DNA of 64,000 nucleotides from the human T2T-CHM13v2.0 reference genome, Homo sapiens. Positions 1 through 14,250 of this stretch are shown here, one piece after another. Position 1 is the stretch's first letter; the number at the start of each line of letters is the position of its first letter. Location: assembly GCF_009914755.1 (NCBI RefSeq), contig NC_060937.1. One strand, given 5' to 3'. The notes beneath the pieces are model-generated. The model had not been told where the DNA came from. It worked only from the letters and a program-made list of their open reading frames with translations, and did not search any database. The translations under genes and the position numbers were made by a program.

Positions 1-1559
1 TGTTGCTGGCTTCAGGGTTTGCTACTATTGTGTTTCCAGCTGGCATGACTGCAGGCGTCTTGCTTTCACGAGCTTTTACCCCATCCATACATTAAGAATG
101 GGACACACTGTACCCCAAATCACTAACACCAGGAAAAATGCCAATTTCAACATTTAAACAGTTTCATACTTTGCAAACGTTGTTTGCTGATGATTCGATA
201 TTTGCAAAAACAACAACAACAACAACAACACCTTATGTTAATCTTAGTAGTCAAATCCAAGCCTTAGGGCTTAACTAGTGACAGATGCTCTTTCGCATGG
301 TGGTGCCTGAGTTAAATAATTTCGCTGAATAAGTTAATAGGTAAGTGATTATACCTAAATTAAATAAAAATTGAAATTTATATTAAAATATACATAGAAA
401 TGTGTATTAAAATACATACTAAATATATGTATATTTAATGTGTATATGTATCCATATATATAGATCGCACACTTTAGATAAACTGAAACGATTATTCAAA
501 AAGCCCAGATATATGCCTCATTTTCCCTGAAGAAAGTACTTGGTTTCCAAGAAATTTATGCTTCAGCAGCTCTTGTAGCAATAAATAAAAATCTGAGGGA
601 CAGAATGTGATTCAGAGATATCCGGAGTCTACAATTTATTCCCAAACAGAAGGAGTCAATATAAATCCTGTGAATTTCATTGTCTGCTGCCAGAAAACCT
701 ATTTAATTATGAATAAGAAATGCTTAGAAATGTTCCCTCTTTAGGGAACACAGTCCTTATTTGGAACACAAGACCTTGTAAGCCCTTTAAAAATTACCCA
801 TTGTAAGTACAACACTGTCATCTTAGTTCATCATTAGGGAACTCTGCAACTGGAATAACTCCAGACCTTCTTAGTATATTAGAAAGATGGTCATGAGAAC
901 ACATTGAGGTTTCATTGAATTCTCAGAGCTTTTTGTTACATGACCTGTTTTTAGTTATTCTTTTTACTTAGTTGGTTTGATGTGATTTCCATATTATGAA
1001 TTGGATCCAGATGTTCAAATAGTAACTTAGACACACACTTTAAAGGTGTTTTTACTGTAAAAATAATGTCCTCTAAATATATTAGCCTATTATAAGAGTC
1101 AAAGTAATTAAATTTAAAACACAATAAAACTACAGAGGTAAAATATATTTTCCCTTTATGACCCAACTCTCTAGGTGTATTCCAGAAGACCAAGAAGTTC
1201 CTCAGCTCTGCTCATGTTTGGGCCGTTAGAGTAGCGCAAAGGTGAGCCTGTTCTTACTAGACACTATTTGATAGATGGGTTAGTTGACCTCCATGACAAG
1301 AAATATTTTGCATGAGTTTAAATCAGTACTCAGTATATAACTTAATTAGGATGTGTTCAGTCTCTACAGAATGTGTTGAAACCAAAAGAACTTCTTAACT
1401 GGTATGCTACAGTGTGCCATGAGTAGGTTGCAGGTAGATGAGGTGCTAATCATAGGCACTGTAAAACTGGCCAGGAGGGGGTGCCTGAGGCCACTGAAGT
1501 CCTTGAGCAACTTGTTTCTGTCTGAGAAGATTCTGCCCTGTGTACTCCAGTGTTCCATA

Positions 1560-2123
1560 CAAATATAACTCTATATGTAGCCATATGTGTAAAGATCGAA
1601 AAGCAGTAGCTCAATAATAGATGTTGAATTTTCACTAAAGCAAGCAAGACATCTAAGGGCAAGCTTTCCAAAATTTGTTCCATGGCTCAGTAGTGTCATC
1701 AAAGACCCAATCTCATTTCATTCTTCTATTTCAGCATTCTCAGCATGCTGACATTTGTCTCCAGGCTGGTCACCTCATGGTTGAAAGATGGCTGACAAAA
1801 CTCCAGGTTTCACATTTTTAAACGGGAGCAACTGAAGCAGAAGTGAGGGAGATATTGAAAGAAATCATTTCTCATGTGGCCTTCATTTCTTTAAGGGAGG
1901 AAAACCCTCGTGAAAGTGATCTCCTATACTTCTACTTATGTAGTATTGACTAGAATGGTGTTACTTTCATGTGGACATTGATGCAGGGGGATAGGATTAC
2001 CATAAATAGCTTGGACATTCATGGCGTGGGCATACTGCCACCTGAATACAATAAAACAGAAGTGCAGTTAGCAAGAAATATAGGAGAATGACTGCTAGGT
2101 AAGCAACAAATAGTGTCAGCTAT
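1560..2123 (-). mobile_element. Old ERVL-class solo LTR, LTR33-like
   Basis: Segments GTCATCAAAGACCC...CCTCATGGTTGAAAGATGGCTG and GGGCATACTGCCACCTGAATA...AGTGTCAGC resemble the LTR33 consensus as recalled; boundaries approximate. Confidence 0.55.
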
Positions 2124-3573
2124 TGAGAGATTTATCAAAAGGAAATAATGTTGTTTATAATTTTAAGAGTCATAACCACTTGCAAGTTAAAGGTAATATA
2201 TAATTTCTCAAGTCTAATTAACCTCTTCTCAAGCCTTCAACTCTATCTGCTTCAGCTTTTGTAAATAGCAAATTTAGGGTCTTCATTAATGTAGAAATAC
2301 AGTTGAATGTATATCTGTAGCCACAGTTTCTTAGCCTCAGTTTCTGTAGCCACAAAGTGAGAGAAAATATTTGCCAAACAGATACCTGATAAAAGACTTT
2401 GATCTAAAATATACAAAGAAGTCTTAAAACTCAACAATAAGAAAACAATTAAAAAAACTCAATTAAAAAAATGGGCAAAACTTCTGAACAGGCACTTCAC
2501 CAAAAAGATATGTGGATGGCAAATAAACACATGAAAAGATGCTCACCTTTTGTTATCAATGAAGTTAAAACGACAAGATATCACTACACACCTACTAGAA
2601 TGATTAAAATCCAAACAACTGACCATACCAACTGCTGATGGGGATAGAGAAAAACAGGATTTTCACTGCGCTGATGGGAATGAAAAATAATAGGACAACT
2701 TTGAGAGACAATTTGACAATTTCTTACAAAGCTAAGTATAATAGACTTACGTAATCCAGCAATCATGCTCCTAGGTATTTAACCAACAACCAATGTAAAA
2801 ACTTGTGTCTGCACAAAAATCTGCATGCAAATATTGGTAGCACTTTTATTTATAATCACCACAAATTAAAAGTGACCAAGACGTCCTTCAAAAGGTAGAT
2901 ACACCCTTCGAAAGGTGGAACAAAAGGTATGTTACATCCATACAATGGAATACTATTTAGCAGTAAAAATAAATGACCCATCAAGCCATGTAAAAACATG
3001 GCTTGATTTTAAATGCATATTACCAAGTAAAAGAAGTCAGTCTGAAAAAGTTATGTACTTTATAGAGACAGTCAAAAGATTAGTAGTCACCAGAGGTTTG
3101 GAAAGGGGGTAGGATTAAATATAAAGAAGCACAGGGGATTTTTTAAAAGGTGAAGCTATTCTGTATGATACTATAATGGTAGAAATGACACTATGCATTC
3201 ATCAAAACCTACAGATCCTTACAGTACCAAAGGTGAACCTTAATTTATGAAAATTTAAAAAAACCATTTAGGAGTCAAGGAGTCCCAGGAGAGGATGCAG
3301 ACTGTGACAATATATATATCTGTGTTATGAATGTATGAAATAACTTCACTGATGGGTATTGGGTAAAAGGTGATGCTCTGAGTAACTTAAGAAACGGGTA
3401 GAAACTGTAAAACTAAAGACAAATAGAATGGTACATAAGCACTGTACTCTAGTGGATAAAGGTTATTTTTCCCATGGAAGTACAAATTGTTTATGTATAT
3501 TGAAAATGAGCAATTAAGTGCATGGCAAATGGTGGGAACAAGGTGTCTCACTGTTGCACTAAGAAGTTACAGA

Positions 3574-4444
<871 letters not shown>

Positions 4445-5197
4445 GATATGAACTGATATTTATCTTAATACAGATACATACAAAAGTATTTAAAAGTATG
4501 CGTACATACAAAGGTTAGTGTGCACACATATATTTCCTTTCTCTGCCAACGAAAAGGACCTAGAAGCAAAAACACCCTAGTAGCAATAAACATACCTAGT
4601 GCCCAGATTTTGGTTTCTAATACCATTCTTCAGCATAAGAACCAAGGCTTCTTAGAGAAATGGATAATTCTATGGCTGGGGAAGAGCATATACTAGATGA
4701 GTCCAGGACACCTTGTAATGCTAGAAGTTAGAGAAGTGCTCAAAAACATTAATAATTACATTGATGGATGTATGTCAAAGGGACGGGAGCCAACTGAAAG
4801 AGTTTCTAATGGCTAAAGCTGGAAGTATTTGAACAATAACATTTAAAAGCAGTACTAGATTATAGTCCAAAGTATAAAATACATATGAGCCCATACTCAT
4901 ACACATCAACAATTAAATTAATAAAAAAATGCAGAATTCCAAATAATTATGTAGGTACTCCTACAATTCCACAAACAAGCAAAATACACAATCAAAATCA
5001 ATAGGAATGCCAATGGCTACATTCTATTATATCACACATAAATTTGGAAGTGCTTAATGGATTCCTCAGTGAATAAGGTAACAGTTTTAAAATTCTTTTT
5101 AATGAAGCCATTTTTTGGGATATTTGGCTATTTAGTTATACTGAAACTTAAAGAAGGAACAATGCTGCTTCATTCTAACGAACAGTAATATCACCTT

Positions 5198-5239
5198 TAC
5201 TTTTCTCTCAAAAGCATTATACTTTTCTCTCAAAAGCAT
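5198..5239. repeat. Short direct duplication (20-bp unit, 22-bp period)
   Basis: TACTTTTCTCTCAAAAGCAT at 5198-5217 and 5220-5239. Confidence 0.9.
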
Positions 5240-8131
5240 ACAAAATAGGGGTAAATGGGAGAAGACTTTACACCTGCTATATTGTTCACGTATTTTAAAA
5301 TAATACTTTCAGCTCCACAGAACTGTGTGCTCCATTGAGAAACCCTAACCAAGAAGCATGCGTGTAAGCGCTAAGCATGTCATCAGTTTTCAATTCAAAT
5401 AAAAGATCCGGTCTGCCTTCTTTTGAAAAGGACCCTGATGGAATGGACTGGATGAAAATGTTTCATGACTCACCCCTCTAAAACTGGAGGCCTATGTTCT
5501 CAGGGGACTGCAAGGCCACTTATGAGACAGACGTGGCCCGACATAGAACAAGCTGTCCAGAACTGGAGCAAGGACAGCCAGGGTCTAATCCTGTCCCTTT
5601 CATTTCCTAACTCACAGTTTCACCTTGAGCAAAAATTTTTAATTTTGTTGGTTTCTCATTGGAAAAATGAGGTGTGGAATCAGATAATATATGAAACTAA
5701 TGGAACTCAGAAATGCTGTGTGTATGCTTTCTTCCTTTGAACAGCAAGAGCTAGGGTTGGGGCATTGTCCCTGCAGGTCTGGCTGCTCTGACCCTTGACC
5801 TCTGTGCAAAGCTGCAAGGCTTACAATACAGACTTGGAGAGGCCCAGCCCGCCTTGAGGGAAGAGGAAATTGTCCAGGAGCAATTGTTTCCATATGCATT
5901 TCCAGAGCTGAAAACACAAGAGCGCTTTGGAGCCAGCAGGAAAGGGAAGCAATTTATCCTCTTTCACATCCTTCAGAAGCTTCCTGGGGAGTTCATGCCC
6001 TTGGTCTACCAACACCTTTCTTAGTATTGATTCTTGAAAGGAAGTCAGAAGCCACCTTGAGAGTTAAGGGCACTTAATTCTGAATTTCACTATATAAACC
6101 TTGTTTCGAGGCATAGTTTGTAAACCAATCTCTTGGTTCAGAGGTTTAACAAAACCTGTTTAAATGGAATTTGAAATACTAATTTTGCCTTTGATATTAT
6201 TGGGCAATGCATATTCACATCATAGACAACGGAGTGTGTGGGGTTCTTGTGTTTTGCTTTGCCACAAGTAATATTCATCCTGGTAACAATTTTTGAGGCT
6301 TTGCCTTTTGTATTATTTAGTCCAATTGCAAATCATCAGGTAAAAAATGAGCAATGCTGTTTTTTCTTTTGCTAAAGGGTGTAAGTGTCCAACCAATGTC
6401 ATGTCTCCTATAGATGGAGGAATGTTCACTTTTTTTACCTTTCTTTATATTCTTTTCCTGGACATAACTATTTCAACCCACTCCCACAAACCACAGGTTT
6501 ATATGTATACAGAAAGGGAGAAAATTGAATTCTTACAAATGACATTTTACAAAATATCTCACAATATAACCATAAATGTGCAGAAAAGAATCAGGCACCG
6601 ATGGCCATGATGCCCTTCTGCCCCCTACTATTTTTCCCCGCACCTCAATTACACTGATTTTGATTGCTATTTAGGAAATTTATTTTTAGTGGTGACTGAA
6701 ATCCACAATTATGTGCTATAAATTATGTTCTTTAAATCCATAGCTCTTTTCCTTATATCTCAGGATGTCACCAAGAGTTCTGGCTGTTCCTGTCCCCAGA
6801 TTGCTTTCACGGGCCCAGCCTAGGATCAGAAGGTCAACACACCGCTTTCTCCTTTGAAGACATGCAAATATGCCACCTTGCAAAGATAACTAGGATGTCC
6901 TGCTCAATATCCCAGATACGAACAACTGATCGGTACAGAACAATAAATTACACGGTTGGAGGCAACAAAACCTGTGTGATTTTGTGAGAACATGTCTAAA
7001 ATTGTGGTGCGGCTGTTTTGCAGACTAAATGTATCTCAATAGGAAACAGAAAACCAACGGGTTTTTTTCTTCAACTCAAGCTTGAGAGTAGACTACCCAG
7101 TAACAATGTCCAGTACAGGAAAGGACATTTTCATCATGTACATGTTGGAGATTTTGAGGCTACCATTTCGTTGCAGCACAAACGTCTTTAAGTAGATAAG
7201 TTACTCAACTGTCATAACAATTGTTCTTTAGAAATTAATGAGAAGGTACTGTGAACTTTGTATGAAACAACCAGTGTCTTATTAGGAAAAGCTTGTCACA
7301 ACAAATAAAGCACTAGAATGCTGTAAAAACTAATATTTTTTTTAAAAAAAAAAACAGAAAACATCAGAGCTGAAATATTCTGATGTGTAGCATACAGTAT
7401 TCCAGTGTGTTATACCCACTAAACCTCTTCTTTTGAACAGGTTGCTGGAATAAATCCCAAAGGAGCAAGACATCACTGAGGAGGATAGGAAGCCAAAATG
7501 GTTTCTGCCAATATCTGGGGAATGATTCTTTGAGAAGGCTGCACATTTGCCACTGAGCTCCTCGGAACCCCTGGGATTTAGAGAGCAGATGTAACAAGGC
7601 GTAGCATTCTACAACCTGTAATAAAGGAAAACCCAAGTCTTTTTAATATATTTTAAACAGGATGTTACTTTCCTAGATTGAGCATACCATTTACCTTGAG
7701 AGGTACACTGTTCCCTCCTGAAAACAGACCGACAACATAGGGCTGCTGAGAAAAGAGGAAATCTGGCTTCACAACTAGAGAATCGGATTACCTTATCAGA
7801 TGTCTATATATATATTTTTTTGTCTTTTGGCTCTTTACATGACCAAAATCATGTCTTAGAACTGGATTATCGACATGAGACTAGCAACAACCTGATTCTG
7901 TTGAAATGGCTCTCAGAAAGAGTTGTTAGCTACCACCCTTTGGAGAGCTGAGTCTTAATGAAGGTGAAAATTAAAAACTACTGATACAAGATAACATTCG
8001 TTGAGAGATTACTTGGGTCAAATATGTTTTTATTTACTTGAGAGTTACTGTTAGCCAATTCACCAGCTCCCTCATAAATACCTGGATTCAGGGACTCAAA
8101 TATTATTTCGTTAGTACTCAAATATTAACTT

Positions 8132-8144
8132 TCTCTCTCGCGCG

Positions 8145-8179
<35 letters not shown>

Positions 8180-8180
8180 G
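8132..8180. repeat. Compound (CT)n(CG)n(CT)n(CA)n microsatellite
   Basis: Read directly from the sequence. Confidence 0.95.
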
Positions 8181-8833
8181 CATCCTGCCCACACATACCA
8201 TAAACACGTCACAACGTGATGCCAAGTCCAAAGGCAGTTTCTACTTCTCTAAAGAAATCCAGAAATAGAGGTGCCTATGAGTTAAGTATACTAAATTGTC
8301 ATACTGTGTTATTAGCAATCCTCTACATTACCATAAGCATTGAATTCATCATAATTATGTTTTATTTCTTGAAAATAAAAAAAATTCCAGTGCATTCATT
8401 AACGTGCCGGCTTACTAATATCTAAATGCAATCATTATGCAAAACTATTTCAATTATTTTAAAGGATGCATTCAGCAAAAAGTGAAACTTATTTCTGGGT
8501 TCCATTTGAAATGAAATGTCATTATTTAAACATAAATAACCAGAGGCAATGTTATTGATGAATTACACTGTATGGTATGTTTCAAAAAGTGAAAATTAAC
8601 AGAAATAATTTTAAATGTGTTCTTTATATTTGTCATTTGAGATTTTCTTTTGTTGAGACAATGCTATTAATTTCTTAGTCTTTATTGTAGTTAAATTAAT
8701 GACTTTATTAGGGCATTTTCAAAGGCCAATCACAAAATTAAGCAAAAATCAGATATAATTGCTCAAAAGCTCTGAGAAATCACGAAAGGCTGGATTCATG
8801 CACTCAAATGTGTTGTCATCAAGTCTTTGAAAT

Positions 8834-8882
8834 TCTGTCTGTCTCTCTCTCTCTCTCATACACACACACAGACACACACACA
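8834..8882. repeat. Compound (CT)n(CA)n microsatellite
   Basis: Read directly from the sequence. Confidence 0.9.
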
Positions 8883-10020
8883 AGAGATCTACCTATATTT
8901 CTATTGAAGTTATTCTTAGGAAAACTTTCCCAGGGTGGCCAGGCTAGCTAGCAAAGTATATTCTGCAGAACAAATTCCAGATATTATTAAGAGTCATATC
9001 AGTTTGGGACATGGTGGGTTAATCAATGTTTATTTCCTTTACTTCAGATTTCCCTGAGTCTTTAATGCAGTGATGCATTTATGAATCTCCAAGAGGGGTA
9101 GAAATCATACCATGCAGCAATTGCCAAAATTAATTGCCCACAGAATCTTTTTCTTTTTCTTTTATTGAGGCAGATCCCCTGGCAAGAATGTGATGAAAAA
9201 ATAAATAAGGGAATCCATAATAAATGACCTCATCAGAGTCACTCTGGACCTCAGTTCCATCATGCCCCTATCTTCTTGGTTGCTTGGGCTTGTTAGTTGA
9301 GGATGGTCAACAGGTTTGAAATGGCCTCATCTTCTGAGTCCTGAGGCCTGCAAAGGACATTTGTCCCATCCCAACTACTCCTTCCCTCAGAAGCAGGAGT
9401 GTCACAGACCCTCCAGGGCTTCTTTCCTCTTAAGCTCTTGTTGGAGGACTGTGTGTGGGAAGGGGATGTGGTGAGAGAAGGACAAGGGTATGTGGAGAGG
9501 GCCTCTGAAGATTTGTGACTCGTCTGCTTGATCTTCCTAATGGAGAACAAGCATTTCAGCTTAACCATTTGGCCACATCTTGTTCACTAAGGCAAACTCA
9601 CGTCTCATGATAAATTTTAAAATAAAGCATATTGCCATACTGACAATTACTTTATTACCAAACATAGATGCTATGACATGTGTCTCTCTTTTCTCTAAGG
9701 GGAAGTTCATCATATATTTTGCAGGAAAAATCCCAGTATACAAGGTAAGACTACAACTTTCTTCATCACAATTAGGTAATCATAAAGAGAATATTAAGAA
9801 ATTTATTGTATATAAAGACTGAAGCTCTTTCAAAATGAAACAGGAGTTGAGGAGAATTGACTTATCTTTCTTCCTCATAATATCTTTCAATCTGATCAAT
9901 GACATATTTCCAACAAATTTATAGAAATTCTATATTGAAGATTGTATCTATTTGCATAATTTGTTTATGTTTCTTAGTAAGCTCTAGCTATCTCAGGTTT
10001 TTACTTTTTTTCAATTTTTA

Positions 10021-10316
10021 GGGTAGGATTTACAGTGACTTGTAAATCCCAGCATTTTGGGAGGCCAAGGCCGGAGGATCACCTGAGCCAAGGAGTTACT
10101 GACCAGCCTAGGCAACACTGTGAGACCCTGTCTCTACAGATAATTTAAAAATTAGCCAGGCATGGTGGCATGTGCCTGTGGTCCCAGCTACTCGAGAGAC
10201 TAAGGAAGGAGGATAGCCTGAGACCCGGAGGTCAAGGCTGCAGTGGGCCATGACTGTACCACCACACTCCAGCTTGGGTGACAGAGTAAGACTCTGTTTA
10301 AATAAATAAATAAAAA
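10021..10316 (+). mobile_element. AluJ
   Basis: Dimeric Alu with J-type GAGGTCAAGGCTGCAGTG and GTGAGACCCTGTCTCTAC; (AAAT)n tail; degenerate 5' end. Confidence 0.9.
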
Positions 10317-10321
10317 TTTAA

Positions 10322-10477
10322 TGATGGGATCTCACTATGTTGCCCAGGCTGGAGTAAATTGGCTATTTACTGGCCTGAACATAGCACACTACAGCCTTGA
10401 ACTCCTGGGCTCGAACAATCCTCCCATCTCAGCCTCCTGAGTAGCTGGGAGTACAGGCTCATGCTACTGTACCCAGC
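10322..10477 (-). mobile_element. FAM (fossil Alu monomer)
   Basis: Reverse complement contains GTAAATAGCCA, the 7SL-derived segment kept in FAM (GTGAATAGCCA) and absent from dimeric Alus. Confidence 0.8.
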
Positions 10478-11854
10478 TCTATCTCAGTTTAATATATTTG
10501 TATGTAGCTCTGATCTCAGGGATTGCATATGCTTTGAAACAGAGGGTAAGGTACAATAAAGCAAGGTGGGACAGTTAGGTACAGAATTTATCATGAGGGT
10601 GACAACTGATTCTAGAGTACCTTTCTGATCTGTGGCTAGCAGAATTCCCTTAGTATTTAGAAGAATTCCTAGTATTCAGAACAGCCTCAAAAATATTTAT
10701 TGGATTAAATTGAAATTAATGTGAAAGCAACTGAGCATATATCAATATTATAAACCTTAGGCTTTTGATTATTCAAAGCACACTTCTTCAGCTTGGGCTC
10801 AGATTCTAATCATGTGAGTTCTCTAATGCTCATTCTCTGTTTTGGATTATGGGCATTCTTTCCCTTAAACTGATGTACTGGCTGATGACTTTCTAGATTT
10901 TGTGTTTTCTCACCATCATTACAATTGTTACTATTTTCACTATTTCTCTTGTTGATTTTTAAAGTACTATAACCCCCCAAAAATTAGTTTCTCTTAAGCA
11001 TTTTGTGTCATAATTTTGGGTGCTTTTCTTCTTCTAATAATAAGTTTCTATTTAAATGAAGTTTTAAATAATACATTGAATGGTCAGGACTTTTTTTTTT
11101 TTTTTACATTCAAAAATCTAGTGAGAGATCTTGAAACTTTGAGACTCTTTATTGCATTCAAGTAAGGTCTAGAACTTAAAAGCCACCATTGCCATTTAAC
11201 ATAAACTATGTGGTAAAATAATGTGATGAATACATCTCTAGTAGTATTAGGATATGAAATAAGTAAACACACAAACAAAAAAACCTGGGTTTCCTAAAAA
11301 GCTAATGACAAATTCACAGAAGTGAAAAGGATGTGTTCCATTTACTTGATATACTACATAATGGCTGTAGTTACGTTTCTTTTATAACTACTAAGTGAGA
11401 TAGTCAGTGTATCCATACCAATTGACATTTCATGATATGCTTACTGGGGACAAACTGTTCAATACATTTTTTTCTATGTACCTACTCTCCCAGTTGCTGA
11501 TTCGAAAAGGTCATTTTATATGTGGTCTAAAATTATAGTCCAAGCTTACCTATCAATTCTTGTAAAATTACTTTTGTAACATGTTGTCCCTAATATTTAT
11601 TCTCTTTAGCACATTTATTTCAAAATCTAGTTGGTATTTTCTTTTTCAGAAATCTACATTTATATTGTAGAGGGATTTTCCCTCCTACTGATTTTAATTC
11701 CTCTAAAACATTCCTGAATTTTAATTACTGACTTCTAGTCCTGTGTATACTATTTAGCTTTGATTTGTCACTAGAAATAGGATTATCAGAGGGCTCCTTT
11801 GTGAGTCTCGCCATTCCCATTGGAAATGCCCATTTATAGTCCCAGTTTCTTAGA

Positions 11855-12022
11855 TTCTCACTACTCAAAGTGTGTAGTCCTGAGACCAGCAGCCTAGGCA
11901 CTGACTGAGCATTTGTTAGCAAAGCAAGTTGCCAGGCCCCTTCCCAGACTTTCTAAATCAGCACCAGCATTTTAACGATATCATCATTCGATGACTGTAT
12001 TTTAAAGTTTCAGAGGCACTGT
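11855..12022. mobile_element. MER5A-like (hAT-Charlie MITE)
   Basis: CTACTCAAAGTGTG...GACCAGCAGC...TTGTTAG...AAAGTTTCAGAGGCACTG pattern. Confidence 0.7.
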
Positions 12023-13018
12023 CTTAGGACATTTTTAAAGGGTCATTAAAAGTCACTGAACAGTTTGCAAATCACCCAGCTTACCACCTACTACTTGGTT
12101 CTCAGAAATACTTTTCAGTGTATATTTCAATGCGCCTGCTGTTCTTCCACCCGAGCTCTTAGAAGGGCGGGAACAGATTAGACCAGACCAACAAATTTAT
12201 CCCTTTCCTATTTCCCTAAAACCACATCAAGTTGAATGATACTGGGATAGCACTCTGTCTTTTGAGGCTTCCTCAAATGGCCAGTTATAATTCATTCAGG
12301 AAATAATCTCCAGGCTGTTGTTTTGTTTCTTTTTTGATTGAGTGTTACTCTGCTTTTTATGTTTAACCTGTATTCACTTCAACAACATGTTATTTATGGT
12401 TGAACTAAACTCTCATTCTTAGAACTATTTCTTCCTCACTTTCTGAAATCTGCCAGTATGCAATATGCAAATATAAATATTCAAAACAGTGAGGCATGGG
12501 GCATGCATTGCATAAAGGGATGGGTATTGGATTGGGGTTAGGGTGCACTGACTCAGAACGAATAGCCTTCTTTACTTCTTCAACTGTTAAATGGACAGCA
12601 CTACATATCATTCTTATTTATTGATATACCTTCTTTTTTTACTAGCTATAACCTCTATTTAATCAAAGAATCTCATTGCATTAGCACAGTGCTTGGTACA
12701 GCAAAGACACTAAAAATAATGAGGTGAATGACATTACTCTCCTTTCATTCTAAACCATGAAGGGTTAAACTATGCGGAGTTAAGCAGAGGTAACATTTTG
12801 AAGTTTACAACGCACGCCAACCATAAAAAACCCTATTGCTTTATACCAAAAGACACTTCTGAGATAGAAAAATAAACCTGAAAATAAGGAGTGGAGAAAC
12901 AGTTTTGTTAATTGCTTGTCCTTGACTTTTAAACACTGACTAACATTACAGCCAGACAGGGAGTAAATCAAGCTCGTGGAAATATCAAGTTTTTTTCTTT
13001 AAAAATATAATTCCCTCT

Positions 13019-13179
13019 CATTCCAAAAAAAATCACACTGGAGGAATGACACAGACTGTACTTCAAAATACAAGTGAGTCAGCAGACGTCAAATAAAAAC
13101 ACCCACCAGCACTGATGCAGATCTCAAAACCCCCAGCTAATAAACAAGGTTTCAAGGCCCTGATAGCCTCCAGCAGCTG
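13019..13179. promoter_or_regulatory. Candidate enhancer (TEAD, AP-1/NRF2-MAF, CRE-like, FOX and E-box motifs)
   Basis: CATTCC 13019, GGAATG 13043, TGAGTCAGCA 13075-13084, GACGTCA 13085, AATAAACA 13139, CAGCTG 13174; motif evidence only. Confidence 0.35.
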
Positions 13180-14056
13180 CGAGAACAGAAGGGGGCCAAA
13201 GAAAAATGCCTCCCCTTCCTCATAACCCTGTTCTCCAATAGTTTCCAATCTGCCAACCCAGTCAGTTAATTCACTAAAAGCCTATTTGTACAGAGGACAG
13301 GAATAAGAACTCCCCCGTGCAACACAACTCAGTGATGAAATTAGAGGAATAAGCAGACTTTCAACAAGAGGTATGTGACATTTCACACTTAGGGGATGTC
13401 TTCGGCCAGGTAGAGGCACCATACTGCCTCTTATATTAGCCTTGATAGCGACCAGCTGGAGCTCAGTTCAATTCACACATCACAAAGTGACAGCACTGGC
13501 TTTGGGCTACCCAAGCGGAGCCTTTCACAGCTGGAAAGATTGTAAACCAAGTATCAAACGTACCTACGATTTCTAAGCAGTCCTTTGCTTTCATTCATTT
13601 TATCTCCCAAACATGCTCTGTCCCCATAACAGATTATCCTACTAGCCTGTCTAATCACCTCCAAGCATCCACACAAATCCCAAAGATGGCAGTGTGTGTT
13701 TTATTGCTCACATTTCTAGTGAAAATCCTGCCTAGGTAGCGGTATCTAAAAATACTCCAAAACTCTGTTGCTTGCTCTGAAGAGGTGTTCTGAAGAGTGA
13801 TTCTATGCAGTGGAATTCCAGAAGGATTGTTTTGCCTGTTCTGTTCATTAAGGTCAATTAGCTTTGTGTTCATCATCACTCATGATGCTTATTGTGCATA
13901 AGTGTGTTTGCAATTCACCCTGGAAAAGGTAGGACAAGAAAGCAGTAACTTGGGTTCACATGACATTTATTCTTCTGTATTGATATCTAAGGTATTACAC
14001 AAAATGACCTAATTCCCCATTCTAATATTCTTGTGAAATTAAAGGGGAAAGGAACA

Positions 14057-14216
14057 TTTTTCTTTTTTTTTTTTTCGACAGGATCTCACCGTTGCCCAAG
14101 CTGGAGTGCAGTGGCATGGTCACAGCTCATTGCAGCCTTGAACTCCTGGGCTCCAGCAATCCTCCTGCCTCAGCCCAAGAAGTGCTGGGAACAGGAGCTA
14201 GCTACTGTGCCCAGCC
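14057..14216 (-). mobile_element. Alu monomer (FRAM-like or right arm)
   Basis: Poly-T followed by GACAGGATCTCAC...GCTGGAGTGCAGTGGC...CCTCCTGCCTCAGCC; single arm only. Confidence 0.85.
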
Positions 14217-14250
14217 CCTGTACTCACCCCATCCCCCTTTTATAATGCAG

